A stretch of 61,816 nt of DNA, the filler included, from Nemertoderma westbladi (lineage: Eukaryota > Animalia > Xenacoelomorpha): assembly GCA_032718475.1 (NCBI GenBank). It is 2 parts of 2 records of this genome, joined end to end, with 100 filler letters (N's around TTAATTAATTAA, not from the genome) between each part and the next. Parts side by side here need not be neighbours in the genome. Positions count along the whole stretch, not along the records: positions 1 to 31,625 come from JAUCBJ010003705.1; 1 more part is not named here. The stretch is one strand, 5' to 3'. The notes beneath the pieces are model-generated. The model made no database searches. It was given only the letters and a program-made list of their open reading frames with translations, and was not told the origin of the DNA. A program made the position numbers and the translations under genes. This document shows positions 11,628-24,552 of the stretch, in pieces (position 1 is the stretch's first letter; each line of letters opens with the position of its first letter).

Positions 11628-14600
11628 TTAACTAGGGCGATTCTTCCAACAGGCAGTCTCCCACTGCTGCTCTTGTAGGTCCTGTAGGATTCGCCACACT
11701 CTCTTCGCCAATTCCATCTCACCAGGAATTGGTTCTCCCTCTTCTGCCACCCTGAAATCGGGTCTCTCCGCCGCCTTCTTAACTAGCTCGTCTCCTGGCA
11801 TCAAAATGCCACCTCCCTCCTTGTTGTCTCCCGCCGGCAGAATGAATAGAAAGTGAAAGAACAGGCAAAACAGGAGGTACAACAGCAGTCCTACCCCTCT
11901 CCATCCTGCCTTCCTTCTCGACTTCCCCCTTGTCGGTATGCCTCCAAACCGGACCTGCGCCTCTTCCGGACACTCCTCTGGACACTCCCCCGGAGTGTTG
12001 TCCTCCGGACACCTCGCCGTCCGCTCCGCTCCATCTCCATACCGATGCTTGTTGGGAAACCTACTCACCTCTGCCCACTTTCTTACTGTCACCTCCCTAT
12101 CTGGCTCTACTACCTCTTGTTTCTCCTCTACTTCCTCTGCGTCTTCGGTGCCTGGTATCATGCACCCAGATGTCTCCGTCACACTGCATAGGATGTTAGT
12201 TTTAACTGGGCCGCTAAGCGTCCATCCGAACGGCGTGAGGATCGCCGTCGGGTCCCGCTGCCTGTCTTCGCCGAAGACCGTCTTCATTCTCTCATGGGCC
12301 GTCGGGCAGTCCATTCCTACTATAATGGACACCTTCCTAACGTCCACCTTTGGTATTGAGAAATCGATACCGTCCAGGAATCTATATTGCTCGACCTCAA
12401 TGTTGGTTGGTCGCCTGGCGTAGATGTTTATCGATTCTATGACGTGGATGGGGTCGATCGTCGCCCCATAGTCATATCCCGGTGCAATTGCTGCTATCCT
12501 ACACCGCCCCGTCCTCGTCTCCAGGACCTCATCTTTACTCGAGACGGTAGTCACCGCCATTCTATTCGGCCTTGTCTTTAGCCCTATCTCTTCGGCCACC
12601 CAGTTCTCCACCAGCGTGAAGGCTGCTCCGCTGTCGACCAGCATTAATGTCGTTACTGATCGACCGCCCTCTCCTGATATCTTCACTGGTACTACCCCGA
12701 GTAGTACTTTTCTCTTCTTCTCCTCTTCTGTCGTGCTTGTGGCCATTGCCTGGCCTCCAGTCTCGGACTCTCTAACTGCTGTTTCTCTACACTCTCCGGA
12801 TCTGTGTCCTTCTACCACACATCGATGACATAGTCCGTTTGCGTCTGTGTAGGCTATACGATCTTGTTTGGGCAACGCTTGCCAGTGCTTACAACTCCTG
12901 GTCTTATGTGTTCCGTCCCGATGTAATTGACATTCGAATCCTGGGTTATAGCGTTCCCTGTATAGTCCCTCACGTATCGCGCCTAGGTTTATATGTACCA
13001 ATTTAGTGTTTTGGTTGTCTGTATTCGGCCTACTGGGTATGTTGGGATTATGTTTATTTATGGTGTTATTTTCTTTCTGTCCCTGCCACGGTGTGGCCCT
13101 ACTACCAGCTAACTGTGGACTAGCAGTCCCCTGTGTGGCCGCATGTGGTAGTGACTGTCCCACTCCCGAGAATGGGTCTGCAGGATCGTGTTCGGGTTCA
13201 TGGCTTGTCCCCAAACTATCCTCGCTATAGACTGGGTCTGTTATTAATTCGGCTTCATAGTTGAGGAAGCTCGACATTTCTTCCAAGCCCGGTTCCACAC
13301 CCTTCTTCTCCCGTGTGGAGAAGGCTATCTTCCTCCACTTCCTTCGTAACCAGATCGGCAGTGCCTGCGCTATCGTGGTGATGTTGTTAGACGCATTGAG
13401 TTCGTATGGTGCATCTAGCGTCTTTAACACGATTAACGCCTTCTCGACCTTGTTTGCAAAGGTCCTTATGCTAACGGGATTGTCCTGTAGGCCACCCGAT
13501 GTTATGCCTCTCAGGGTTTGCCGGATGATCTTGGCCGGGTGCCCGTATTCCCTATCTAGCGCCCGCCATGCTGTTGTGAAGCCGCCCTCGATGCCCTGGT
13601 ATTGCCTCACGATGTCGTATGCTGGGCCTCCTGTATATACTTGCAGATATTTTAGGCACTCCGCCTGCGTCAAGTTCTTACTTAATATTTGGTTACTATA
13701 CATGCGCCGAAACTGTAGATATTCTTCCGGCCTACTCCCATCGAATTTAAATGGTTCCACAGGTGGTAACTCGATCCTAGTTTTTAACGCATCGATTAAC
13801 GTGGCCATCCCCATCGCCTGCGCTTCCAATGGGTTCGATGGATGTTGTATAGTTTCTCTTACAGGGTACGGTCCGTTCGTCCTATCTGCTGTTGACTTCG
13901 CTTGTTGCGTCGGGTATATCATTGGGGGTAACGGCCCCCTCCATATTTCCGTGTCGCATGATCTGTTCTCGTCCAAGGGGTTCGATGTTCTTGCTCCTAT
14001 TGGGGTATATTGTTGATATTGTGATGGGGGAATGTCACCCTGTCCCCCCCCCCACCGGTATGTTTGGTACTGGGGTTGATGTTAATATTTTGGGGCCCAT
14101 ACATCTATCTGCAATAATTCCCCCCTCCCCTGGATATATGTTGTGTCCCTGGAAATTATAGTCATGCTGCTGTACCGGTACCGATATAGGCCTATTCACT
14201 TCTTGCCTACCTACCGGTATGTACTCCGCGACTTCCGGGTTTAATCCCGTCGTCCGCGCTACCCTATCGCCTACTCTATCTCTCCCAGCATGGCCTATAA
14301 TAGTATGTGCAGTAAGGCCTACAGTATGTCCTGCAGTCTGCATGTGCCCTTCCGAATCGAAGTTTATTCTTCTCGAATCTCGAATCTCCCCGCGACTACC
14401 GTACTCTCGATCGGCAGCTATATCCCGTCGGGAAGCTTCTCTTCGATCCCCATTCCTGTTCTCTTCTTCGTATCGGTACATCCTGTACCCCTCTCTTGGT
14501 GTGCGGTGCGTTTCTCCGGGGCGACGGCAATCTCCCGAAGTTCGACCCCACTGACTCCCTACCTCCATCTCTACTATCGACGGCTCGCTATCCGTTCTCG

Positions 14601-16766
14601 CTCTCCGGTTGCTCCTAGCAACGACTCTTCTATTATCTTCCTTTCTTCTCTCTTCGACCTCTCGGTTAAACTCTACTAATCTTCTCCTATCTTCGACCTC
14701 TCTATTAAACTCTACTAATCTTCTCTCTTCTGACTGGGCTCGACGTTCCGTCGCCCGCCCTCTCGCGACGTCAACCTGTCTCTCTCTGCTCGATCGCACG
14801 CCGCTGGGGATACTCGCAATCCCCCTATTACTCTCCGTCGCCGGGTGTTGCGGTTTACCTAATTCGGCCCGCGCATTATCCGCCGACGCCTGTGGGACAC
14901 TCCCTGCCCCCCCTCTCTCGCTACTAATCCCTCGCGGTGGGGTGCCCGTAGCCCCCCCCCCCCACCCGCTACTTCTAACTTCACTATCTCTTACTACACT
15001 TCTGCGTCCCTCTTGTCGGACACTCTCTACCCCCTTTCTCTCGCCACTAATCTTCTGTGGTGGGGTGCCCGTAGCCCCCCCCCACCCGCCACTTCTAACT
15101 TCACTACCTCTTACTACACTTCTACACCCCTCTTGTGGGGCGTTCTCTGCCCCCCCTCTCTCGCCGCTAATCTCATGTGGTGGGGCGCCCGTAGCCCCCC
15201 CCCACCCGCCACATCTAACTTCAATATCTCTTACTTCGTCTCTACACCCCTCTCTAGTCGACACACTGTCTCTACTACGGCTGGGTCTATTCACCCCCGC
15301 CTCTCTCCCTACTACTGCGAGGCCTACCAGGCCCACCCCGGGTTGGCTCAACCCCGCTACCTCCTGCCTACCAACTACGTGGCCTACCAGGCCGCCGTCG
15401 GGTTGGCGCAACCCCGCCACTTCCTGTCTACTAACTACGTGGCCTACCAGGCCGCCGTCTGCCGGGCTATACACGTCTGACACGCTCATATTAATAGCAC
15501 CATTCCCAATATTATTTGTTAAGTCGATTAAATTATTAGAATTTGAGACGTGATTATTATTTAAATTAGAATTATTATTATTTTCAAAATTTAAATTGCT
15601 ATTCGAATTATTTGAATTATTTTGATTATTCTGAATATTTGAATTAATATTATTATTTGAATTTAAACTTAAATTACTACTACCGGGTAAGATATTTCCT
15701 GTAATAAAGGGTTAGGGTTATCTACTACGGTACTATCAATACAAACATTTCCTAACGTACTACTACTACCCCCCCCGCCCGTACGGTTACTGTACGTACT
15801 GTAAGTGTACCGCACGCTCTGTTCTCTTGCCTCACGCTCTTCGCGTTCACTCTCTCGCTCCTTCCTTCCCCTCAGTCGCCACTCTAATTCTTCAATTTTT
15901 AATTTATATGCAGCCAGATTTATCTCCTGCACCCTTCTTTCTTTTGCGGAGGATGTAGCAGACTTATAGGTTGCGACGGACTCCCGCCGCCCCTCCGTCC
16001 TACTAACTTTCCCCCGCTTTCCGGGGTTCTCGCTGACCGACGAGACCGAATCCTCGGAGCTAACTTCGGATTCGCCCTCGTGCGGTCCCGCCCAACCCAC
16101 TAACTTAACTTCCCTGGCATCGACTAAGTATGGCCCTATGTACACTACACCAGGCCCCATACCCCTATGTTCCCATAGCCCAAACAGTTCGAAGGCAACC
16201 CCTCTCGCTCTCTCCTCGGCCAGTTATCCCTGCCCAGAACGCACTAGGTAATCAAAGTATCTGTTCGACTCACCTAGTCGTCTCCTCAACTTCACCTGGT
16301 CTATCTCAGCCCCTCCTCTAGCTTCCTTCAGTTGTTCCCGGGTCGCGGCGTAGGCTCGTCGAAGTCGATCAGAAACCCCGACATCCTCGTCGCCGACCTC
16401 CCCTCCATCTCTCCGGGTCCGACGTCGTACCGGCGGCCCCACCGTTGCCGTTCCGGTGGGCCGTCCGTCGCCCTCGGCCTGTGGCTGGCCGGCGACATCG
16501 GTACGTCGACCCTCGCTCCGCGTCGACTCGTCTTTCTCCTCTCCCGTCTCACTCTCTCCTCTACTCGACTCGCTCTCTCCTCGTAGACGACCCCCCACAT
16601 CTTGGTTCGCCGGGTTGCTCGTTATCGACGTGGCGTCAACCGGCGTCGACGTGGTCGACGTAGCATCGACCGGCGTCGTGGGTTCGTATCGTCTCGCCGT
16701 GGCCTCGCGGATCGTTAGATCGTCGTCCGGGGTCCGCGGCGGTGTCGTTCCTCTCTCTCGACTCAT
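11628..16766 (-). pseudogene. Element B gag-protease polyprotein broken into several ORFs
   Basis: KFDG/LQVYTGGPAY Bel-type gag core, Cys/His knuckles (C..H...H....C; CHRC...GH....C), protease LVDSGA, AILTPFGWTLSGP; premature TAA at 16224-16226 where A has GAA; internal 120-bp and 60-bp repeats at 14900-15470. Confidence 0.9.
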
Positions 16767-16817
16767 CTTCGTCTTTAGTAGTCGTCAGTCACAGCTCGGC
16801 AGGCCTAGTGTTAAGAC

Positions 16818-17379
16818 TGTGACGGGATCCGAGAGGATCCCGGTTTATCCGGTGTGTTTCGTACGCGTCCCCGCCGTGTGAATGGAAAAGGTAATAATTG
16901 TTCTAGTGTCGTTGTCGAACTCTGATACACGTTGAGATAATAATGATGAGTGATACAGATAGCACAGTAGATAAAGCTAATATACCGGTAATATGGTGAC
17001 GGTGGCGACGACGGTCTTAACAGTCACCGTACTGCCTTACTGTACTGGGATAGCTGACTGAGTAAACTGACTATAATGATTACCGTACAGGTAATATATA
17101 TTGCACGGGTTTGGCCGTTACAGTACTTAGTCGATGCTGTCCCCCCATTGGCTAATACCCCTGTTGGCACCCTTTGCCCCCCTCTGAAGTGCTTCCCTTC
17201 GCCCTTGCTGTTCTCTCTTGGTTAGGGGTTTGGCCCCTGACCCCTATTGTGTGTTTCTCCTTCCCTTCCCACTTTATTGGGGCGACACGAGGTTGATATT
17301 GGTAATCAACCTCGTGCTCCCAATATTGCTTAATGGCTCGCTCTATGGGTTTGTGTTAGCGGAATTGGATAAGCTAACA
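16818..17379 (-). repeat. 5' LTR of element B
   Basis: Direct repeat of 9487-10048; followed on the minus strand by a short leader and the gag ATG at 16766. Confidence 0.95.
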
Positions 17380-17875
17380 TCTATGGCTTTCATAAACTCT
17401 TCTGAGCTGGATTGGAACTTGGTCAGGTTAAACCCAGATCCCTTCAGGATGTCGCGAACCTCGCGCCCTGTATCCTGTAGTTCTTTAACCGTGTTTCCAG
17501 ACTCCATTCCGTCGTCCACATAGAAGCCGCGTCGAATCATATCGATGGCTTTGGCGCTATATTTCTCCTCTTTCCCCTCTACTGTATCCCTTACAGCCAC
17601 AGTCGCCGTAAATGAGGACGACTTGGCCCCCATATTCTGCACCACCATCTTGTACATCGGTATTGTCGACGGTTCCTCGTCGCCGTTGTACCATAGGAAG
17701 CGCGTGCTGTCACTATCCTCCTCCGTCACACGGACTTGGTTGAACATGCCTTCAATGTCGCAGGTGAAGGTGTGCCTTCTGTTTCTGAATCTGAGTAGGA
17801 CCTCGATCCCCGAGTTATAGATATTGGGACCCACCAGCAGATAATTGTTTAGGCATTTGCCATTGGCCGTTAGCT
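17380..17875 (-). pseudogene. Element A pol: RT catalytic core
   Basis: CLNNYLLVGP, LLRFR, DIEGMFNQV, RFLW, MGAKSS, FYVDD, GFNLTKF. Confidence 0.93.
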
Positions 17876-20487
17876 CTCTAGTCGACGCACTATCTCTACT
17901 GCGGCTGGGTCTATTCACCCCCGCCTCTCCCTCCCTCTATCACTGCGTTGCCTGGCAGGCTCCCATCGGGTTGACTCAAACCCGCTACTCCCTGCGTATT
18001 GACTACGTGGCCTACCAGGGTCCCGTCGGGGTCTCTCACCCCCGTTACTCCCTGCATACTAGCTATGTGGCCTACCAGGCCCCCGCTGGTCGGACCACCT
18101 GCATCTGCCGCGTTCATATTAATAGCACCATTATCAATACTATTTTCTAAATTATTTAAATTATTGGAATTATTCTCTGAATTCGGATTATTATTTAAAT
18201 TATTTTGTATATTTTGGTTAGAATTGGGGTTATTTTGTTCGTTTGAATTAAGATTATTATTTAGATTATTTTGCGTATTTAAATTTAAATTATTTGAATT
18301 ATTTCCTACATTTAAATTAGGATCGTTCGGATTTAAATCACTATTATCGGGCAAAATATTATTTCCTGCAATGAGAGTTTGATTAGGGTTATCCACTACG
18401 GTACTATTAATATTAACGTTTTCTAATGTATTGTTATTACCCCCCCCCCCCCCCCCCCCCGCCCGTAAGGTTACACCAGTCTTGGGTCTGTCGTCCGGTC
18501 CCTGTAAGTGGGGTATTAACAAATGTTTCCATAACTTCTGGCTCCTCGTAAACACTACCCGAGCCAGCCTCACTCTGGCGCTTCTGTTTGGCCTGATATT
18601 GCATAAGCCCCCTCAACCGGGCATGCATATTATCATCCCGCACATGCTTTCCTGTTCTCTCTCTCTCTCTCCCTATCCTCTCGCAAACTCTGCTCGGCCA
18701 ATTCTGCTTCTCTCGCAATCCTCTCAAGCCGTCTCGCCTCACGTTCTTTTCGCTCGCTCGCCCCTCTCGCCTCACGCTCTTTACGCTCATTCTCCTCTCT
18801 CGCCCCACGCTCTTTACGTTCACTCTCCTCTCTCGCCCCTCGCTCTTTACGTTCGCTCGCCTCTTTCGCCTCTCGCTCCTTACGTTCGCTCGCCTCTTTC
18901 ACCTCTCGCTCTTTACGCTCATTCACCTCTTTCGCCTCTCCCTCTTCTCGCTCCTTTCCTTCCCTTATTTCTATCTCCTCACACTCTCTAAAGTTTCTCG
19001 CGATCCTCTCAGCCCTCTCTTTATTCTCTCTCGCCAGTTCTCTCTTTCTTTCCAACAACACAGTTCCCTCTTCCAACTGCCTCTCTAACTCTTTCTGGTC
19101 TAGTGCCACCATGTCCAACTGGCATGCCAGATCTATTTCTAACACCCTTCTTGCTTTTGCGGATGATGTAGCGGACTTGTTGGTCGCGACGGACTCCCGT
19201 CGCCTCTCTGTCCTACTAACTTTCCCCCGCTTTCTGGGGTTCTCTCTAACCGACGAGACCGAATCCTCGGGTTAATCTCGGATTCGCCCTCGTGCGGGTC
19301 TGCCCAACCCACTAACTTAATTCCCGTAGCATCCACTAAATACGGCCCTATGTACACCACTTGGGGCTCCATTATCCCGGACCGCCACAGTTCCAATATA
19401 ATATTAATTTAATTGCGCCATGGTACTGGCATTATGGTAGATAAAAACGGTATTTAATTAAATCAAATAAATAAGTAAAAACGTTAAAGAGTTAAAAGAG
19501 TTCGGTAAATTACGTATCATTAGAGGCCCAGGAGGTTAGCGTTCGCGAGTTTTCCTTGCATGTTAGTAGGTGGTATAGTGGGGCCGGGTCTCCGCACAGC
19601 AGACATACACAGCTCTCCAGGTTGGGGGCATGAAATTTATCTGTCGCACAGATCTTATGATGAAATCCGTGGACCGATACCCGTGTTGTTACGTGCCGAC
19701 CGGATTGGTTAGGTTCTGTCCATTTTCGGTTCTGGAATGCCGGGCTGCTCCAGAACTCGACCGGAATTTCCGACTTCTTGGTTACGATATCTGCTCTATA
19801 TTCCATCAAGGCAGCCGTATCGTTTAGGTGCAGATTACAAATGATGTCCTCGACTAGAGTGTTCTCCCCGCACAAAGCTATCACAAGGCGATTCAATGTG
19901 CTTTTGTGTACGCCCAAGGTTTTCTTTAGGTAATTAGTCTTTACTCTGTTACACAGTTCCAATAGTTCGGTGGCGACCCCCCTCGCTCTCTCACTGGCTA
20001 GTTCTCCCTGCCCGAAGCGAACTATGTAGCTTAAGTGTTTATTCGCCTTACCTAGTCGCCGGCTCAACTTCCCTGGGTCTATCTTTACTCCTCCTCTAGC
20101 CTCCTTGAGTTGTTTCTTTGTTGCGTTGTAGGCTCGTCGGAGCCGGTCACTAGTTCCGACGTCCTCGTCGCCGACCTCTCCTCCTCCCCTCCTGGTTCGG
20201 CGTCGTACCGGCGGCCCCACCGTCGCCGTTCCGGTGGGCCGTCCGTTGCCCTCGGCCTGTGGCTGGCCGGCGACATCGGTACGTCGTCCGCCGTCATGCG
20301 TCGACTCATCCTCTCATCCTGGTAGACGGCCGCCCCCTGTTTGGGCTAACGGATCGTCTCTTTCCGGCGAGTCTGGCGTTGCGGGTCGATACCGTCGCGC
20401 CGCGGCCTCGCGGATCGTTTCGTTCGTATCGTCCGGGGTCCGCGGCGGTGTCGTCTCTCCCTCTAGGTTTCGGGGTTCTCCGTTCAT
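17876..20487 (-). pseudogene. Element A gag N-terminal region (coiled-coil E/R/K repeats, Asn-rich tract); gag core and protease deleted
   Basis: Collinear homology with B 15250-16766 (TTPPRTPDD, VVYIGPYLVDA, SRSRDS.STRE), then a direct jump into RT. Confidence 0.85.
19399..19951 (-). mobile_element. 5'-truncated LINE fragment (ORF2 C-terminus with CxxC..HxxxC and 3' UTR)
   Basis: 13-bp TSD CACAGTTCCAATA at 19386-19398 and 19952-19964; absent from the homologous position in B; encodes LKKTLGVHKST...CLLCGDPAPLYHLLTC. Confidence 0.85.
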
Positions 20488-20563
20488 CTTGTAACTCTCT
20501 AATGGTGGCTGGCAGTCACAGTTCTGGCAGTTGTCTAGGCTTTGTACTAGGTGACTTTAGTAC

Positions 20564-20862
20564 TGTGACGGGATCAGAGGATCCCGACCGGTTGATTTTA
20601 GTTACGCGTCACCGCACGGTTGAGAAAAGAGTTTGTTGTTGTCGTTTCAGTATTGTTAATAGGGTTGAAATATAGTATACAATATAGAATATGATAGCAT
20701 GAGATAACTTGGATGTTGTGTGGCCCTTTGGGGGTTTGTTATCCCTGTTATTGGTTGTGTGATACGAGGTTAATTGGGGATTAACCTGGTATCCCCAATA
20801 TTGCAAAAAGGGCGCCGTTTCCCAACTTTATGGGGTGGTGGGCGGAATTGAATCCACTCACA
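20564..20862 (-). repeat. 5' LTR of element A with a ~270-bp internal deletion
   Basis: Joins the equivalents of 960 and ~1232 at a TTGT microhomology. Confidence 0.9.
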
Positions 20863-21689
20863 ACTTTTACTAAAATCTATTGTCTTCCTAATAGTGGAAA
20901 CGGTTTTCAAAAATATTAGGAAGTTTTTGAGTTACAGCACCAATATTTAACCCTACTTTTGGCACTTTTTTTTAAGACGTTTTTTGAATATTACATTTCA
21001 TGACATCTGATTTGTAACATCTCTATTTTTATTTACACCGGTTTTTTGTTGTTTGCAATTAGGCAGAATTCACATAAATTAATTTCGAAATTTCAGACTT
21101 GTTTTTTCTGTGGGTGCCAAATGGTGCCAGTACTAAATTTTGAAATATGTCAATTTTGTAAATTAATTTTATGAAGGGGTTTTTGGGGTTCTGGTTTCGA
21201 TAGAATATATAGGAGATGCACCAGCCACCTCAAACGTGTATTTTTCTGTGCTCTGTGCAAAATTTCGTGCCAGCACGAAATTTTGAAAATCCATTCAGTA
21301 GTTCAATTGATTGTGACAACTTATTTCTCGCATTTTATATGTTTATGGATATGGGTTCTGAATTCAATTGAATAAATAATTTTCTAACTGGACATCTGAA
21401 ACTTGTATTTGTCGGAAGGGGGTACAAAATTTGGTGCTAGCACCAATATTATATCAATTGATAGTATCACCTTGTTTTTTTGCGTTTTACGGGTTTGTGT
21501 GGGTTGGAATTTAAATGGAATAAGTAAAAATTGCATAAGAGTTTTCAAACTTGTATTTTTCGGCGGTGGTAAAAATCTTCGTGCCAATACCAAATTGTCG
21601 AAAATAAGCAAATTGATCAATAGATAGTATCATCTTGTTTCTTGCGTTATATGGGTTTATGAGGGCTATGTGTCAGATGGAATCACTAA

Positions 21690-22030
21690 AAACAGCACAG
21701 GACATCTCAAACTTGTACTTTTGGGTGATGGGTACGAAATTTAGTGCTAGCACCGAAATTTGCCATATTATGCCGAAAAATACGGGTAGCAATGATCTGG
21801 AAAATTAGAAATGTATTCCATTAGAATCAGCGCCCAAGAAAACCTGAAAATGTGGTTTTATAGCATCGTATAAGTCAATTTAAATTTTTGTGTTCAAACT
21901 GAAAAGTGCTGGTTACTTGTTTTTTTTTTTCATTTTTCCTACGTAGAGGACATAAACTGCCATTTATAGTAATCAGATCACTTTTAAATATTTTCCAATG
22001 GATTCAGCGCCCCAAAAAACCTATATTGAA
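21690..22030. repeat. Interspersed repeat; inverted copy at ~34870-35210
   Basis: TAGCAATGATCTGG..ATTAGAATCAGCGCCC..AAAAGTGCTGGTTACTTG found reverse-complemented in the second copy. Confidence 0.75.
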
Positions 22031-23144
22031 AAACATTTAGCTGAAAATTGTAACTTTCAAATTATTTGACAATTTTTCATTCCTTGAAATTTTGGTGCTG
22101 CAAAATAATCACCCCAGTCAATTTTTTCACAAAATTTATTTTCCCAAATACCTTAACGAAAGCAAATGGTATACAATTCCCAACCTCATATTTAAGATAT
22201 TACAGTAGCTGTGAGTTGTTATCTAAAAACAATGACATAAATTCGTGCTGCTACGCAGCACGAACCACCATTGTTTTCGGCAGCAATTATTCGTCTCCCT
22301 ATGTTTAATAAATAAGAAAAGTGGTTCATTATTAAACATTAATTTTCAGTTGTATATATTGTGCATCGATGTATATAACTTATTATGTAAAAGTACATTT
22401 TTATTTCATACAATCATTAATAAGAAATTCGATCCATTATTAGTTCCTTAATTCTAAATCAAAATCAACCTGCAAATAATGAAGACTTTGTTTTGGAATT
22501 TCAAAACCATGCTATTCAGATGCGCGATATCGCGTTTAATTCAAATTATGTCTACTACCCTAGATCCAATGACAATGTAGATAAGCCGCTCTCTAGTTAC
22601 GTAATAAACTATTCGAGAACACTAAATTATTTAACATTGAATTGAAAATTACATTAAATTGACATTAAAAAAAGTAGAACATTTTTTAAAAATATTCTCT
22701 CGACCCTATATTAATCTCGCTAGCAGCGCTCGGTAATTACAATGCCTCAAAAATATAGAAAAAGTGTTACGTTCTTCCCAAGTAATTATTATTTCTTGTC
22801 TTTCCTGCCCTTACCGTATTATTGTTATTAATTTATATATTCGTGATTCCATTATTGTACCCTAACTACCTTAGGTAAATAAATATTGTTTGGATAAACA
22901 AATAAAATATAATTATCTTTCTATTTCAGAATGCCGGCATACTCCTCTCATTATTCATTTACATTAAGTTACTAACCCACCGATGGCATTACCTTTTTCA
23001 AACACCGTTGGAGACAACCCCCAACTCGCTCCAGTACAACATAAAGGATACTCTTCCCTGCCCCTACATCCCCCACCCCACCATCAGAAATAGTTAACTT
23101 ACGTATGGGTAACTTCATGGACAAACGGAAGGTTATATGTACAG

Positions 23145-24552
23145 TAGGGCGGTGCGTTTTTTACTTTTTTTCGATTTCATTGTTCTACCGGTGCACAAAA
23201 GTTGCCAAATGGCAAAAAAATAAGGCAAAAAAAATTTCTTTCAATTTCATCTATATCTTCACGGATCCCAAGAGGGTTGAAATTTTGTACCATCGCGATG
23301 CACCATAATGAAATTTATAACAATATAACACATTGATGAAAGATCAATGACTCAAAAAAGAACTTCCTGCATGCATCAAATGTCATCAAATGGGTCCAAA
23401 CTTAGTTAGATACCAAAATTTTAATTTTTGGATCAAGGGAAGTAGTGCCACAGGCACATGACCAGAACCTACTCTTTGGCGCAAGTGATGATTATTCTCA
23501 ATTTTGGTGATGGACAACTTTTAGTTCTCCTACGGCATTAATATTATGCTCATTAGAACCACAATGACCGATTTAGTAGGGGTAGACACCATCAAAACAA
23601 GCATAGAGCGAATAGATCTTGAGATATTGCAGAAAATGTTAAGTACGGCACAAGTCAACATTACCGCCTTGATGATTTATAGACAAATACACAAAAATGT
23701 TACTTCTAATTATCTTAAGGCATCAAAAATATACACATCACTGCAACAAATTGATTTAGTTTATACAGACAACTTCAAAATTAAAGAGTAGTGATTAATT
23801 CACTATAGTTTTTGTACAAAATGTGTGGAATGGGTCAACTCAATATCAAGTATTAATTGGTGGACATAGTCTTGACATTTTGTAAAATAACTCAAGAACT
23901 AATGACTCTACTCTTATTTTGAAGGTGTCTACACCCACTACATCGATCATTTCTGTGATGTGTCTATTCGTGATTCCTTGAGATAATTCAAAATATCATT
24001 TTTAGTGTATTTGTCCATATCACATCAAGGCGGTAATGTAGACTTGTGCCGGACTTCACATTTTCAGCGATATTTCAAGAACTATTCGCTCTACGTTTGT
24101 TTTGAAGGTGTCTACCCCCACTAAATCGGCCATTGCGGCTCTAATGAGCATAATATGAATGCAGTAGGAGAACTTAAAGTTGGCCATCGCGAAAATTGAG
24201 AATAATCATCACTTGCGCCAAATGGTAGGTTCTGGCCACGTGCCTGTGGCACTAGTTCCCTTGATCCAAAAATTAAAATTTTGGTATCTAACTAAGTTTG
24301 GACCCATTTGATGACATTTGATGCATGCAGGAAGTTCTTTTTTGAGTCATTGATCTTTCATCAATGTGTTATATTGTTATAAATTTCATTATGGTGCATC
24401 GCGATGGCACAAAATTTCAACCCTCTTGGGATCCGTGAAGATATAGACGAAATTTAAAGAAATTTTTTTTGCCTTATTTTTTTACCATTTGGCAACTTTT
24501 GTGCACCGGTAGAACAATGACATCGAAAAAAAGTAAAAAACGCACCGCCCTA
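23145..24552. mobile_element. Non-autonomous hAT-type foldback element/MITE with ~550-bp inverted arms
   Basis: TAGGG...CCCTA termini; 8-bp TSD ATGTACAG at 23137-23144 and 24553-24560; no transposase ORF. Confidence 0.9.

Larger units (their letters stand above)
9487..17379 (-). mobile_element. Bel/Pao LTR element B, non-autonomous (gag-protease only), nested in RT of A
   Basis: 562-bp LTRs, TG...CA; TSD TCTAT at 9482-9486 and 17380-17384; PPT at 10049-10057; no RT or RNase H, only an integrase-tail remnant. Confidence 0.95.
805..20862 (-). mobile_element. Bel/Pao LTR retrotransposon A (degenerate, internally deleted, carries nested insertions)
   Basis: TG...CA termini; 5-bp TSD ACTTT at 800-804 and 20863-20867; matching terminal repeats; Pao-type RT (FYVDD), RNase H (FSDAS..AYGA, NPADLLSRG) and integrase on the minus strand. 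Confidence 0.93.

Noticed and set aside
14609-15553. Long plus-strand ORFs over elements A and B
   Set aside because: Antisense shadows of GC-rich, repetitive minus-strand coding sequence.
22930-23102. Plus-strand exon-like segment with AG/GT ends
   Set aside because: No recognisable protein similarity or partner exons.
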